This document shows positions 1-10,638 of a stretch of 64,000 nt of DNA, piece after piece. The notes under the pieces are model-generated. The model was not told where the DNA came from. It made no database searches and saw nothing but the letters and a program-made list of their open reading frames with translations. Position 1 is the stretch's first letter, and every line of letters starts with the position of its first letter. The position numbers were made by a program, and so were the translations under genes. The stretch comes from an uncultured Verrucomicrobiae bacterium (lineage in GTDB: Bacteria > Verrucomicrobiota > Verrucomicrobiia > Limisphaerales > Palsa-1400), in NCBI GenBank assembly GCA_963702845.1, contig OY969763.1, forward strand, positions 4,128,001 to 4,192,000, given 5' to 3'.

Positions 1-1209
1 GAAAAATCTCTCAGGCACAACTATGATGTCTTTCGGTTCTAAAATGACATCATTTGCTGTTGCCTTGTTGACCCTCCTAATATTCACATCGATGCGCTGT
101 TTTTCTCCGTTGCCACGATCGCGCAAGACAAAGATCTTGGCGCGATTGGCAAACCGGACAAAGCCACCGGAGCGCAGGACAGCAGTATAGGCAGTTAGTT
201 CATCATCAGGTAAAATCGGCATGGTACCCGGCTTCCTCACGCTACCCGTCACGTAAACGACGTTTGCGAACGCGGGAATGACAATAATATCACCGGAGTT
301 AAGCGGAAGATCGGATGGCAAGCTGACACCGTCGAGGATCGCCTGGACGTTCACTTCTTCGACCACGCCCTGACCACCAACCAAACGCAGCAAACGAACA
401 CGAGTCAAATCAGCAGTCTTGGTCACGCCACCTGAGCGAAGGATCGTTGTAACAACGGTCGGCTGAAATCCCGCCGGAATCGGCCATGGACCCGCTCTGG
501 AAAATTGACCAACCAAATAAAGCACTCGTCCATTGCCGCCGCCACGATCGTTACGTTCAACAGCGACGTGGGCGTCTTTGATGTAGTTTTGGCCGAGCGC
601 ATCTTTGATGGCCGCTTCAGCGCCCGCCAAATCTTTGCCTGCCACCTGCACCTTGCCGACTTGCGGAATGAAAACCGAACCACCGCTACGCACCTCGTAA
701 ACGCGGCTTAAGGTTGGATCTTCCGCGACCATGACATCGAGGTTATCACCGGGAACAATCACATTTGACTGCACGCCGCCACCCATGGACTGTTGCAACG
801 CAACAATCGCGCCACGGATCTTGCCGTTGACTTCCTGCAATTGAGCTTCGGCATTCTCAAGTTTGGCTTTCGCGTTGATGAGTTCGTGGTTCCATTTCTG
901 TGTATCCGGTGAATTATTCTTCTGCGCGGCTTCAAGTTGGCCCTGTGCGTAGGTAACCTGCCCCTTGTAATGGATAACGTCGGCCTCCAGGCTCTGGCGT
1001 TCGTGGGTGAGCTTGTCGAGGTCGCGAGTGCCCGAGTCGTTTTCAGCCTCCATTTTCGCGGCGGCTTGCTCGGCTTTCTTGAATTCTTCGCGCAACTGCT
1101 TATGTTGCTCCGTCGCGCTTTCCAAAGAATTCTGAGAAAGCGCCGGCAACGCCTGCAGCGTCAATATTAGCAGCAGCAGCACTAAAAGAGGGCTGTTTGG
1201 TTTACTCAT
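1..1209 (-). CDS. Polysaccharide export protein (Wza/Poly_export + SLBB domains) with N-terminal coiled coil; 3' end runs off the window
   Basis: Absent from the ORF track because there is no stop in the window. Manual translation from ATG 1209: MSKPNSPLLVLLLLILTLQALPALSQ (signal peptide), helical region, IVPGDNLDVMVAED...VFIPQVGKVQVAG, VYVTGSVRKPG...LRSGGF, LEPKDIIVVPERFF. Open to base 1. Confidence 0.85.
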   Translation of the reverse strand, partial: MSKPNSPLLVLLLLILTLQALPALSQNSLESATEQHKQLREEFKKAEQAAAKMEAENDSGTRDLDKLTHERQSLEADVIHYKGQVTYAQGQLEAAQKNNSPDTQKWNHELINAKAKLENAEAQLQEVNGKIRGAIVALQQSMGGGVQSNVIVPGDNLDVMVAEDPTLSRVYEVRSGGSVFIPQVGKVQVAGKDLAGAEAAIKDALGQNYIKDAHVAVERNDRGGGNGRVLYLVGQFSRAGPWPIPAGFQPTVVTTILRSGGVTKTADLTRVRLLRLVGGQGVVEEVNVQAILDGVSLPSDLPLNSGDIIVIPAFANVVYVTGSVRKPGTMPILPDDELTAYTAVLRSGGFVRFANRAKIFVLRDRGNGEKQRIDVNIRRVNKATANDVILEPKDIIVVPERFF

Positions 1210-1256
1210 TTCAATTGTCCGACTACTCGGTGCTTTTCTCAAAGCGTTCCGGCATG

Positions 1257-1272
1257 GCCCCGACCGTGCCAA
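1257..1272 (-). promoter_or_regulatory. Candidate sigma54 (-24/-12) promoter for the export gene
   Basis: Minus strand TTGGCACGGTCGGGGC gives GG-N10-GC with a consensus TGGCACG -24 element about 50 bp upstream of ATG 1209. The -12 element lacks the usual TT. Confidence 0.4.
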
Positions 1273-1382
1273 CTGGACCTCTGGCGTGGACGCGAACGCA
1301 TGTGATTTCAAAGGGAGCATAGTAAACTCTGTTCGGGGTTAAGTTGCAAGCCAATTTCAGTCAAACTACTATTGCGACAATC

Positions 1383-3117
1383 TTAAAAAAACCTCCGTGC
1401 AGTAAACAGAAAAAGGTTTTCGCCGACCTCAGTTTCGGATTCCCCGCGCCTAGTATTCACATTGGCATACCGGTACAAAAATGTCAGCAACAGGGTCGGG
1501 CTGTATTGATATCGAAGTTCAGCCCGCGCGTCCCAAAGCGTTTCCCGGTCACGCCCAGAATTAGAAAACCGATTCTCGGCATAAGAACTCCCCAAAATGA
1601 TGGTATGACCCGGGGTTGGTCTCCAGATAACTCTGGCCGCAGCGCGGTCTTCGACCGACCCAAATACTCCTTCTTGTTCGGGCAAATAAACCGAGCGTTG
1701 CATGTATAGACGCCCCCACAAATTTGGTCCAAGTACCTTGATGGATAGCGTACCGATATTGATCTCGAATCTCACGTACAGGTTCGGTAATAACTCGTGA
1801 GTAGCTCAATTCCTGTCGCGTTAATGGTGTCGGGGTGTTGATTAGACGGAAACGATAGAACTCGGTGTTCTTAATCAAAGGCCCCCAGGTATAACCACCC
1901 TCCCCGCGGAACCATGTATTATCGGTAACCGGGCCATCGATGCCTGCGCCAAGCTGATGCGTCCATTCCGGATCGTAATTGTAACGATATGCATCGTAAT
2001 AAGCGAAGGGTTTGAAACGCATGCTCTCGCGCTCGTTACGCAGCATGACGAAAACGCGGTCGACGCTGTAATCACTCAATCCAAGACCATTGGTGCCGGC
2101 ATCCCAACCGCTGTGGAACCAATAGTCAGAGTGATTGGCGCCGAAGATAAGTCGCGTTTCCGTCGGCAATACGCGACTGGCGCTGCCAGCGACTGTATTT
2201 TGCAGTTCAAGGAATGTGCGAACGTCCAGGAAGTCCTGCTGGCGTTGAGCCACGCCTTCATTCGGGATTGTCGTTCCGTTTGCGAACACGTAGCGACCCG
2301 CCGAGTCCTCCGCGTGAATACCGCCGGGTTGCTCGATACCACGAACAAATAAATCGTATTCGCCGGCGACGTTTAGGTAATGGACGCTAAAGTCGTCCAC
2401 CACTTGCACGTCCCAATCGGCCAACCGATTATTATAGGCCAATTGCATATGTGTGACAGGACGGAACCGCTCCTCGGCGAGAAATCCAATCGCGTCACCG
2501 ATACCAAAGCCTTCAACACCAAACTCATTGTCGAATGGCAAATATATGATGCTGCCGGATACTGATAGTCGCCATGCCGGAGAGAGCTGAAGAATGGCAG
2601 ACAGCCTCACCGTCAACTCCGCAATAGCCCCCCAATGCGCGTTATTTGGCGAAAAATTGACGTTATCGCTGACCAAAAGGGCGGCATCCACCTCGTGGAC
2701 CCGAAGGAAGAAGGGACCGGCCTGAAAAATTTCATTGGTCGGAGCACCGCGCCTAAACCGACGGATGTTATCACCGATGCCGAACAACGGCCGCAGATTA
2801 AGACCCGTCCCGAATGTCGCCGAAGTATTTTCTCCGATGTGCGCATACTCACGACCGCGAAACGAAACAGTGCTGAAGGCGCTGCGCCGCTGTGCGTAAG
2901 GATTGATGACAGGATCACCTGTGACATCCGAACTGATAAACGTTCCATCCGACTCCTGAACACCCATTTCAAATCCGGGTTCTTTTACTTGAGTGACCGC
3001 CGGAATTTCCCCGCTGTGTTGGGCCGGAACCTGGCCGAAGCAAGAAAGCGCCGCGACAAGCAATGTCAGCAGCGCGAACACCCGCGAACCGAACCCGCCT
3101 CTAAAAGGCTTTAACAT
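1383..3117 (-). CDS. Outer-membrane beta-barrel protein of the polysaccharide export locus; one frameshift near 1738
   Basis: ORF 1561..3156 (likely ATG 3117, signal peptide) joins ORF 1383..1775 at ...YAIHQ/VLGPNLWGRLY. Amphipathic strands; ends in FLFTARRFF (C-terminal Phe). Directly upstream of the Wza-like gene. Confidence 0.7.
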
Positions 3118-3204
3118 CGAGGTGAAACCGAGCGCGTTCCAGAATATAAAACTCACTCAGCCTGGTTGTGCTTCACTCAACTGAATTGGCCTCTAGGATA
3201 CGTG

Positions 3205-3465
3205 TTACTTCTTTTTGATGAAGCTCAGCAACGCGGATTGACGTCCTTCAGGCATGGAGAAAGGCAAATAGATCAATACCCCAATCACCGGCAGACAAAT
3301 AACCAACAAAACCCAAAACAGCCGCTGCTTCTTTGAGAAAGGCTGGCTGTAAATGCTGGAAATGGCGGTGCCGATAACCACCAGCCAAATCGCAACCAGA
3401 CAAATGAACATCTGATCGTTGAATTTGACGGCATCCAAACTGAACCGATTTAAACTCTCTCTCAT
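3205..3465 (-). CDS. Small membrane protein, PLDc N-terminal-like domain
   Basis: Two TM helices with W-x6-LPVIGVLIYL motif. Confidence 0.7.
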   Translation of the reverse strand: MRESLNRFSLDAVKFNDQMFICLVAIWLVVIGTAISSIYSQPFSKKQRLFWVLLVICLPVIGVLIYLPFSMPEGRQSALLSFIKKK

Positions 3466-3617
3466 ACGATTGCGGAAGTTGCGAATATCAGGCCTACAAG
3501 CCGCCCTTATATGCCAGTAGGGTGGGAAAATCCACTAGAAGAGTCAATTCGAAACTGTGTGGAAGATGGAGGCGAATCGCGGAGCGCACCCGCGATGGGG
3601 GCCCTCCGGAAAACGTT

Positions 3618-4724
3618 TTATTGCACCGGTTTGCCCATGCCGTGGGCTAATTCCCAGAGGTTCTTGAGATCGTCGTAACATTCCTTCCATTCAATTTCGT
3701 CTGGCAACGTCGGCGCAATCGCCTTCAGCGCATCAATCCGGCTTTCGATAATCGGCAGGTCTTCAAGCGTCGGGTGCTTTCGATCAGGTAAGCCCGTTTC
3801 ATTCAAGTCGTCGATCAAATCCTGGCGCTCGGACTTTGGCAAACTCTCGTCATGAACGGCATCATACCAATATTTTTCGGCTTCCGGGTTAACTCCCACC
3901 ATCGCTAGCGCCTCTCGCGCCAATGGATCCTGCACCACCTTCTTTTTACTGCCTGTCTCCTGTTCCGCCGCCGCTTGTGCCTTGGCGTCCTGCTGAATTT
4001 GTTCTTTGGTGCGCAACACCTGGTGCGACTTTAAAACCACGTCACCTTCGCCGGGCAGTTCACGCACACAACCGATGCCGAATGCAAAATATTTGTATTC
4101 GACATCTCCCTCAGCGAGCGTTTCTTTCACCTTCAAACAATTTCTATACTTGCCCGCCGGCACAATCACTGCCTCAGTGGCCGAAACCACTTCGTCGTCC
4201 TCATGAATCTCTTTGTTCACGTCTTCGGATTTGAACTTCGTTCCAACACGCGGGCGCGCAGGCATGATCACTCCAGGTGTTTTTGCATCTTTGCCAAACA
4301 ACCATGAGCCGGAGTGCCCAACCACCTTGCCATCTTTGTATTCGTCGACATCTTCTCCCAGATACAAAACGGTGCCATCGTCGGCCTGTGCGAAGTAATC
4401 CATCGCCACTTCCTCCAATTCACCGTTTTTAAATTCGCGATCTTCCACCGCTAACGCTTCGATCTTCTGCTCGCCGACAGTGAAGGTCTTGTGCAAATCG
4501 GGTTTGGTGGTTCTCTCGATTCGCACCGCGGCGGAACCTTCGCGGCCTTCCAAAATATCCTGTTTCAGCGATGCCAGCGGCAGAAATGGATTCGTGATGT
4601 TGCGAGGATCGGAAAACTTCAGTTCAGTCACCGGCTTGTTCGCCGCCGATGCTGACAAAGTGACGGCCGTTAAAGCAGCCAACGCGGACGCCGCAACCAA
4701 GTAGTTCGCCAAATTAGTTTTCAT
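3618..4724 (-). CDS. Secreted hypothetical protein
   Basis: Signal peptide (LSASAA). Motifs NPFLPL, DYFAQADDGTVLYLGE, GSWLFG, VPAGKY; extra helical C-terminal domain. Confidence 0.75.
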   Translation of the reverse strand: MKTNLANYLVAASALAALTAVTLSASAANKPVTELKFSDPRNITNPFLPLASLKQDILEGREGSAAVRIERTTKPDLHKTFTVGEQKIEALAVEDREFKNGELEEVAMDYFAQADDGTVLYLGEDVDEYKDGKVVGHSGSWLFGKDAKTPGVIMPARPRVGTKFKSEDVNKEIHEDDEVVSATEAVIVPAGKYRNCLKVKETLAEGDVEYKYFAFGIGCVRELPGEGDVVLKSHQVLRTKEQIQQDAKAQAAAEQETGSKKKVVQDPLAREALAMVGVNPEAEKYWYDAVHDESLPKSERQDLIDDLNETGLPDRKHPTLEDLPIIESRIDALKAIAPTLPDEIEWKECYDDLKNLWELAHGMGKPVQ

Positions 4725-4865
4725 AAGCACAATCTTTGGAACTCCGCCAATCTATATCTATTCGGATGACAAGAAAATAGCCGAAACCATGACAGTTTGT
4801 TAACATGGACCGAACCACAGCCCGCGCTTTCTTTCCCCTGAATCGTGACTACAATATCCCCTTAC

Positions 4866-5963
4866 ATGCGTTTGAAGATAAATCAGTTTTCAACCTCGAC
4901 CGTTGGGTCTGTGCTGCTGGCCGTTTGCTGCTCGGCTTTCCTGAGCGCCTGCAATAAATCCGCGCAGCCCAGCGAAGTCGGGACGACCAACTCCGCTGCT
5001 GCCCCGGCCAACGATCGCAGTTGGACCAACGACATGGTTTGGGTCCCGCCAGGAAAATTCATGATGGGTAGCACCAATGGCCAGACCGATGAAGTGCCTG
5101 TTCACGAGCTCACCATGGACGGATTTTGGATGGATAAAACCGAAGTTAGTAACGAGCAATTCGAGAAATTCGTTAAAGCCACCGCCTACGTCACCGTCGC
5201 CGAACGCAAACCCGATCCAAAAGATTTCCCCGGTGTGCCCGAAGAAAACCTCGTGGCCGGCGCGATTGTCTTCAGCCCGCCAACTCTCGACGACGTCAAT
5301 AAAATGCGTTCTGAAGATGGCCTCGAGCCGGTGAAAGAAATTCCGCTCGATAACCATTCGCTTTGGTGGAAATACGTCCCTGGCGCAAATTGGCGTCACC
5401 CTCAAGGCACGAACTCGAGTATCAACGCCCTTGCAAAACATCCCGTCGTGCAAGTCTGTTGGGAGGATGCGCTGGCCTACTGTAAATGGGCCGGCAAACG
5501 TTTACCCACTGAAGCCGAATGGGAATACGGCGCGCGCGGTGGGTTGACCAACGCCCCCTTTACCTGGGGCAACGAAATCACGCCAAAGGGCAAATGGAAC
5601 GGCAATATTTGGCAGGGCCATTTCCCGAGCGAAAACACTTCTGCCGACGGCTTCCCCGGCACGTCACCTGTTGCGACCTTTCCACCAAATGGCTTCGGCT
5701 TGTACGACATGGCCGGCAACGTCTGGGAATGGTGCGCCGATTGGTATCACCCTGATTATTTCGCCCAAAGCCCTGCGAAAAATCCACCCGGACCAGAAGA
5801 CAGCTACGATCCGAACGAACCCGGCGTGCAAAAACGCGTCATGCGCGGCGGCTCGTACCTGTGCAGCGACGTTTACTGCACCGGCTATCGTCCGAGCGCT
5901 CGCATGAAATCGTCTCCTGATACCGCGCTCTCGCACACCGGTTTCCGTTGCGTGAAAAACTGA
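4866..5963 (+). CDS. Formylglycine-generating enzyme (FGE/SUMF1) family lipoprotein
   Basis: Lipobox LSAC; RLPTEAEWEY, NGFGLYDMAGNVWEW, RGGSYLCSDVYCTGYRPSAR with the Cys pair intact. Confidence 0.93.
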   Translation: MRLKINQFSTSTVGSVLLAVCCSAFLSACNKSAQPSEVGTTNSAAAPANDRSWTNDMVWVPPGKFMMGSTNGQTDEVPVHELTMDGFWMDKTEVSNEQFEKFVKATAYVTVAERKPDPKDFPGVPEENLVAGAIVFSPPTLDDVNKMRSEDGLEPVKEIPLDNHSLWWKYVPGANWRHPQGTNSSINALAKHPVVQVCWEDALAYCKWAGKRLPTEAEWEYGARGGLTNAPFTWGNEITPKGKWNGNIWQGHFPSENTSADGFPGTSPVATFPPNGFGLYDMAGNVWEWCADWYHPDYFAQSPAKNPPGPEDSYDPNEPGVQKRVMRGGSYLCSDVYCTGYRPSARMKSSPDTALSHTGFRCVKN

Positions 5964-5964
5964 A

Positions 5965-8301
5965 ATGGCGAAACCGGCAACAACCAGTTCGTCGAACGAG
6001 ACCAAACTCGTGCTCTATATTTGCGCGTTTCTAACGCTGAGCACGCTCGCAATTTATTGGCCGATTACGCATCACGATTTCGTTAACTTCGACGACTTCG
6101 ATTTCGTTACCGAAAACCCACACGTCCAGGCCGGCCTGACCTGGGACAGCATCAAATGGGCGTTCTCACTGAAAACCGAAGTCGCGCGCAACTGGCATCC
6201 GCTGACGATGCTGACGCATATGTTCGACTGCCAGCTCTTCGGCCTGAAAGCTGGCATGCACCATTCGGTCACCCTGCTCTACCACGTCGCCAACACGCTG
6301 CTGCTCTTTTTCCTTCTGCGCAAAATGACAGGCGCGATGTGGCGCAGTGCCATCGTTGCAATGCTTTTCGCACTGCATCCATTGCATGTCGAGTCGGTCG
6401 CATGGACCGCCGAACGCAAAGATGTTTTGAGCACTCTGTTTTGGTTGCTCGTGATGTGGGCTTACGTCGACTACGCCCGCACAGGCAGCAAAACAAAATA
6501 CGTCCTGACGTTTGTTTTCCTCGCACTCGGTTTGATGTCGAAGCCCATGCTCGTCACGATGCCCTTCGTCCTGTTGCTGATGGATTATTGGCCCCTTCGC
6601 CGCTTCGCGTTTTTTCGTATTAACCGGCCTGAGGAAGCTCAAAAATCCAAGAGCACAAAACCAGCAACCGCCAACACACCCGCGCCAATTCCGGTGCTGC
6701 GTCTCGTTCTGGAGAAAATCCCGCTCTTCATCCTCAGCCTTCTCCTTTGCGTCATCACGTTCAATATTCAAAAATCCGGCGGTGCGATGCAGATGACGGA
6801 ATACCTTCCACTGGGCGCACGCGTCGGCAACGCGTTGGTTTCATACGCCAAATACATCATCAAAATGTTTTGGCCGGACAACCTTGCGGGTCTTTACTTG
6901 CGTCACGGGGACTGGCCCATCGCAAATGTCGTTGCTGCTGCGTTGCTACTAATCGTTCTCACCGTGACCGCGATCGTGTTCGCCAAGCGGAAACCATATT
7001 TCACCTTCGGTTGGTTTTATTTTATCGGAACACTCGTCCCGGTGATCGGTATTATTCAAGTCGGCATGCAATCGATGGCCGACCGTTTCACTTACATTCC
7101 CATGACCGGCTTGTTTATCATTGTAGTCTGGGGCATCGCCGACATCGCCGACATTTCGAAGACCTATTCACTTCCAAAACTCGCACTCGCTGCCGCCACG
7201 ATTGCCGCTTTCGTAGCCTGTGCCGCAATGACCAGTCACATCATCCCATTCTGGAAAAATAGCGACACCCTCTTTCACCGCATGATCGCGATCGATCAAA
7301 ACAACTTTCTCGCCCACTATAATTTGGGGAATTTCTATTCGCGCGCCGGGGACAAGCAAACTGCTATTAACGAATACGAAGCCGCGCTCAAAGCCGAACC
7401 GAATTACGTGGAAGCCCACAACAATCTCGCCGGAATCCTGCAAGAGCAGCACCGCCACGACGAAGCGATTGCCCATTACAAAGACGCCGCCCGTCTCAGC
7501 CCCGATCCGACATACGTCGTCAATCTCGCTAACGGTTACGTAAACGCTTCACGCTATTCCGACGCCATGCCGCTCTACGAAGAAGCGCTTCGTAAAAACC
7601 CACAAGCGACCAACGCTCGCACCAATGCCGCGCTCACCCACGTTGCCTGGGCCAACCAACTGGCCAACTCCAACAACCTGGTCGCAGCCGAATCACATTA
7701 TTTATCGGCGCTCCAACTCAACCCTATCTACGCCGACGCGGCGGCGGGCCTGGGGTTGTGTTACGCGCGCGAAGGCAGGATGCAGGAAGCCGGTGAGCAA
7801 TTGATCAATGCGGGTCGTTTACGCGGCGAGCCAAAAGCAACCAAACCTGAACTGCTCGCGCAGCTCGCCCTCGCCAACCACTTATCGAGCGCAAACAAAT
7901 TGGAAGAAGCGATCCCACATTACACTGCCGCCACCCGACTCGACCCCGACAACACCGAAGCGCACAACGGTCTCGGTATTTGCTATGCGATGCTCGGAAA
8001 AATGGATGATGCGGCAAAACAATTTGCTGAAATCCTGCGACTGCAACCCAATGAATCCGGGGCGCACATGAACCTCGCCAACGCCCTCTCTGCGCAAAAG
8101 AAAATCGACGAAGCCATCCCGCATTACATGGCCGCGATCAAAAGCAATCCCAACGATTCCCAAGCCCATTTCAACCTCGCGCTCTCGATGACTCAGGTCG
8201 GTCGCAAGGCCGAAGCGATCGACGAATACAAAAAAGCGCTGAGCCTCAATCCGAACTACACCGAGGCCAAACGCGCCCTCGCCGAGTTGCATCCGCAATA
8301 A
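5965..8301 (+). CDS. Multi-TM GT-C-like (TMTC-like) membrane protein with C-terminal TPR array
   Basis: FVNFDD acidic loop, WHPLT, LHPLHVESVAW-x2-ERKDVL, SKPMLVT, MADRFTY, then about 9-10 TPRs. Confidence 0.85.
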   Translation: MAKPATTSSSNETKLVLYICAFLTLSTLAIYWPITHHDFVNFDDFDFVTENPHVQAGLTWDSIKWAFSLKTEVARNWHPLTMLTHMFDCQLFGLKAGMHHSVTLLYHVANTLLLFFLLRKMTGAMWRSAIVAMLFALHPLHVESVAWTAERKDVLSTLFWLLVMWAYVDYARTGSKTKYVLTFVFLALGLMSKPMLVTMPFVLLLMDYWPLRRFAFFRINRPEEAQKSKSTKPATANTPAPIPVLRLVLEKIPLFILSLLLCVITFNIQKSGGAMQMTEYLPLGARVGNALVSYAKYIIKMFWPDNLAGLYLRHGDWPIANVVAAALLLIVLTVTAIVFAKRKPYFTFGWFYFIGTLVPVIGIIQVGMQSMADRFTYIPMTGLFIIVVWGIADIADISKTYSLPKLALAAATIAAFVACAAMTSHIIPFWKNSDTLFHRMIAIDQNNFLAHYNLGNFYSRAGDKQTAINEYEAALKAEPNYVEAHNNLAGILQEQHRHDEAIAHYKDAARLSPDPTYVVNLANGYVNASRYSDAMPLYEEALRKNPQATNARTNAALTHVAWANQLANSNNLVAAESHYLSALQLNPIYADAAAGLGLCYAREGRMQEAGEQLINAGRLRGEPKATKPELLAQLALANHLSSANKLEEAIPHYTAATRLDPDNTEAHNGLGICYAMLGKMDDAAKQFAEILRLQPNESGAHMNLANALSAQKKIDEAIPHYMAAIKSNPNDSQAHFNLALSMTQVGRKAEAIDEYKKALSLNPNYTEAKRALAELHPQ

Positions 8302-8358
8302 GGCGAAAATTATTTCCATGCAAAACGGTCGAGTTTCGTCTTTGATGATGTCGCCCAG

Positions 8359-10635
8359 ATGAGTTTCTCAAAATTCCTATCTTTTGTCGCCGCGCTGCTA
8401 TGGTCGGCGATGAGCATGTTTGCCCAACAAAATTTTCTGCCCGATCCGGGCTTCGAGGCCCCCGACAAAAACGGCCCGCCGTCCGATGGCTGGTGGGTTT
8501 ACAGTAAACGTGGGGAAGCGCACGCAATCGTCGACAAGAAAACCGCGCACAGCGGCAAGCAATCCGTGCGCTTATCTGGCACCCCTGATGCACGCTTTGT
8601 TTTTCTCAGCCCAAAACTTCAGGTTGCGAATGAAGACGAAATTATCTTTAGCGGCTGGATTCGATACGATCGCGAGCAGGACACAAACAACGCAGGAATA
8701 AGTATTACCTTTCGCGATCGGGAAAACCGGATCGTGGATCGCACCCGCGTTTCGCCACCGCACAGCAATCCGGGCCAATGGCAACTTCTGAAATCGTCGG
8801 CGAAAGCTCCACCCCGGGCCGCTGTCGCTGACTTCGAGTTTTTTGGTTCCAATTTGGTCGGGTCGGTGTGGGCTGATGACGTCAGCGCGGTCGTCACAAG
8901 TCCGCAGTCGATGTTCCTCGATACGGAACCAAAACCCTGGCCCGGACAGCACGAAATTAACGTTCGCATCATCAACCGCCAGACAGGTGATTTTCACGGC
9001 ACTTTGCGTTTGAGCACGGACGAGCACGCTACGGATTTGCCAGTCATCATCCCGCGGCGCTCGACTAAAAAGATCAATGTCCCGATAACTTTATCCAACC
9101 CAGGCGCACACCATTACTGCATCGCTCTGCTCGACACAGCCGGAAAGCGTCCGCGCAGTGTCGAAGGAACATTCCATATTAGTCAGCCACTAACGGTTTT
9201 CCCCGCATGCCCGTCGTATCTCAACATCGCTCCCGGCGCATCTGACGTTCGCGTCGACGCTCGAGTCATTGTGAATCCATCGCAACGCTCGCGACTGCGG
9301 CTTGCAACAACCTTGCGCGACAGTTCTGGCAAACAAATCGCGGAAAGCACCGTCGAGTCCTCACACGGAGAATTTGTCGGCACGAAGCTCCACGTCCCAA
9401 CTACAACCGAAGCTACTTACACTGTTTCCGTTCGATTGCTCACGCGCGACGGCGCGGAAATCGCAAACGGCGAGACCGACGTCCACATCCATCCCGCTGC
9501 CGACTCCGTTGTCACAACCGATCGCAACGGCTTCTTTCGCGTCGCCGGCCAACCGGAATTCCCAATCGGTCTGTATAGCTGCTCGCATTACGACGAAATG
9601 GCTGCTGCCGGTTTTTCCGCCACGCACAGTTACTCCATCACCCTTGGTGATGCCGCCGATCCAATCAACGCCACCGACGCCGATGTGAAACGTTTGCTGG
9701 ATCAAAACGCAAAATATCACATGCGCATGATGGTCGAACTGCCACGTCACGCCATTGAGAAGGCGCAATGGGCGCAGGTCCGGCGCCGCATCGAAACATT
9801 TCGCAACCATCCGGGCTTACTCTGCTGGGGGTCCGAAGAACGCGTCGCTCGAGGTGAAACGGCGCTCAAGAATATCGTCACACTTTACAAGCTCGTGCAC
9901 GAATTAGACCCCAATCACCCGCTCGTTCTCGGCGACACCCGCGACATAATTCAACACTTGATGGTCGATCGCCAAAACTTTTTCCCCGACCAGGCCATGG
10001 ACGCGGGCATTTGGTGGTGGTATCCGATTCCGCTCGACGGTGCCGATGGCGAACCAATCAACGGTCAGGAAAAGGTGTCGAAAATGCTGGAGCCACCGGC
10101 GTGGCTCACCACAACCACTTCGAAGAAGCCGCTCTGGATCGCGATTCAATCGTATCAACATCCCAAAAAAGATGCGCAGTTTCCTACGCCCGCTGAATAT
10201 CGCTGCATGGCCTATCTCAGCATCATCAACAAAGTGCGCGGCCTATGGTTCTATACCGGCTCTGGCCAAAAAGATTTCTACGGCCATCAGGCGGGAATCT
10301 TGAACAAACCTGAAGAAGGTCACTGGGATTATGTGAAGCAACTCGTGCACGAACTTCGCGAGCTAAGCCCGGTCATCATGTCACCCACCGTGTCTGGTGT
10401 TGCCTTGTCGCCCGCAAATCCGGCCATCGAATTCAGCGCCCACGAACTCGATCACAAACGTTACCTGTTCGCCGCAAACAAGAGTTCACAGCCGCAAACA
10501 ACGCATTTCACCAGCGCGGCGTTTGCGGGAAAACAAGCGCGTGTGCTCTATGAACGGCACACGGCGACCGTCGATGGGACCACCTTAACGGATACGTTCG
10601 AACCGTTCGGCACCCACGTGTATCGCGTCGAGTAA
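8359..10635 (+). CDS. Secreted protein with carbohydrate-binding-like N-terminus and glycoside-hydrolase-like TIM barrel
   Basis: Signal peptide, NFLPDPGFE (CBM4/9-like), FPIGLY, FRNHPGLLCW-x2-EE, LDPNHP, KPLWIAIQ. Confidence 0.65.
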   Translation: MSFSKFLSFVAALLWSAMSMFAQQNFLPDPGFEAPDKNGPPSDGWWVYSKRGEAHAIVDKKTAHSGKQSVRLSGTPDARFVFLSPKLQVANEDEIIFSGWIRYDREQDTNNAGISITFRDRENRIVDRTRVSPPHSNPGQWQLLKSSAKAPPRAAVADFEFFGSNLVGSVWADDVSAVVTSPQSMFLDTEPKPWPGQHEINVRIINRQTGDFHGTLRLSTDEHATDLPVIIPRRSTKKINVPITLSNPGAHHYCIALLDTAGKRPRSVEGTFHISQPLTVFPACPSYLNIAPGASDVRVDARVIVNPSQRSRLRLATTLRDSSGKQIAESTVESSHGEFVGTKLHVPTTTEATYTVSVRLLTRDGAEIANGETDVHIHPAADSVVTTDRNGFFRVAGQPEFPIGLYSCSHYDEMAAAGFSATHSYSITLGDAADPINATDADVKRLLDQNAKYHMRMMVELPRHAIEKAQWAQVRRRIETFRNHPGLLCWGSEERVARGETALKNIVTLYKLVHELDPNHPLVLGDTRDIIQHLMVDRQNFFPDQAMDAGIWWWYPIPLDGADGEPINGQEKVSKMLEPPAWLTTTTSKKPLWIAIQSYQHPKKDAQFPTPAEYRCMAYLSIINKVRGLWFYTGSGQKDFYGHQAGILNKPEEGHWDYVKQLVHELRELSPVIMSPTVSGVALSPANPAIEFSAHELDHKRYLFAANKSSQPQTTHFTSAAFAGKQARVLYERHTATVDGTTLTDTFEPFGTHVYRVE

Positions 10636-10638
10636 AAC

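Noticed and set aside
3502..3517. sigma54 promoter (minus-strand TGGCATATAAGGGC)
   Set aside because: GG-to-GC spacing is 9 nt, not the required 10.
3568..3607. Hairpin (ATCGCGG/CCGCGAT within GGAGG/CCTCC) as terminator or sRNA
   Set aside because: No U-tract on the relevant strand and no second copy, so support is insufficient.
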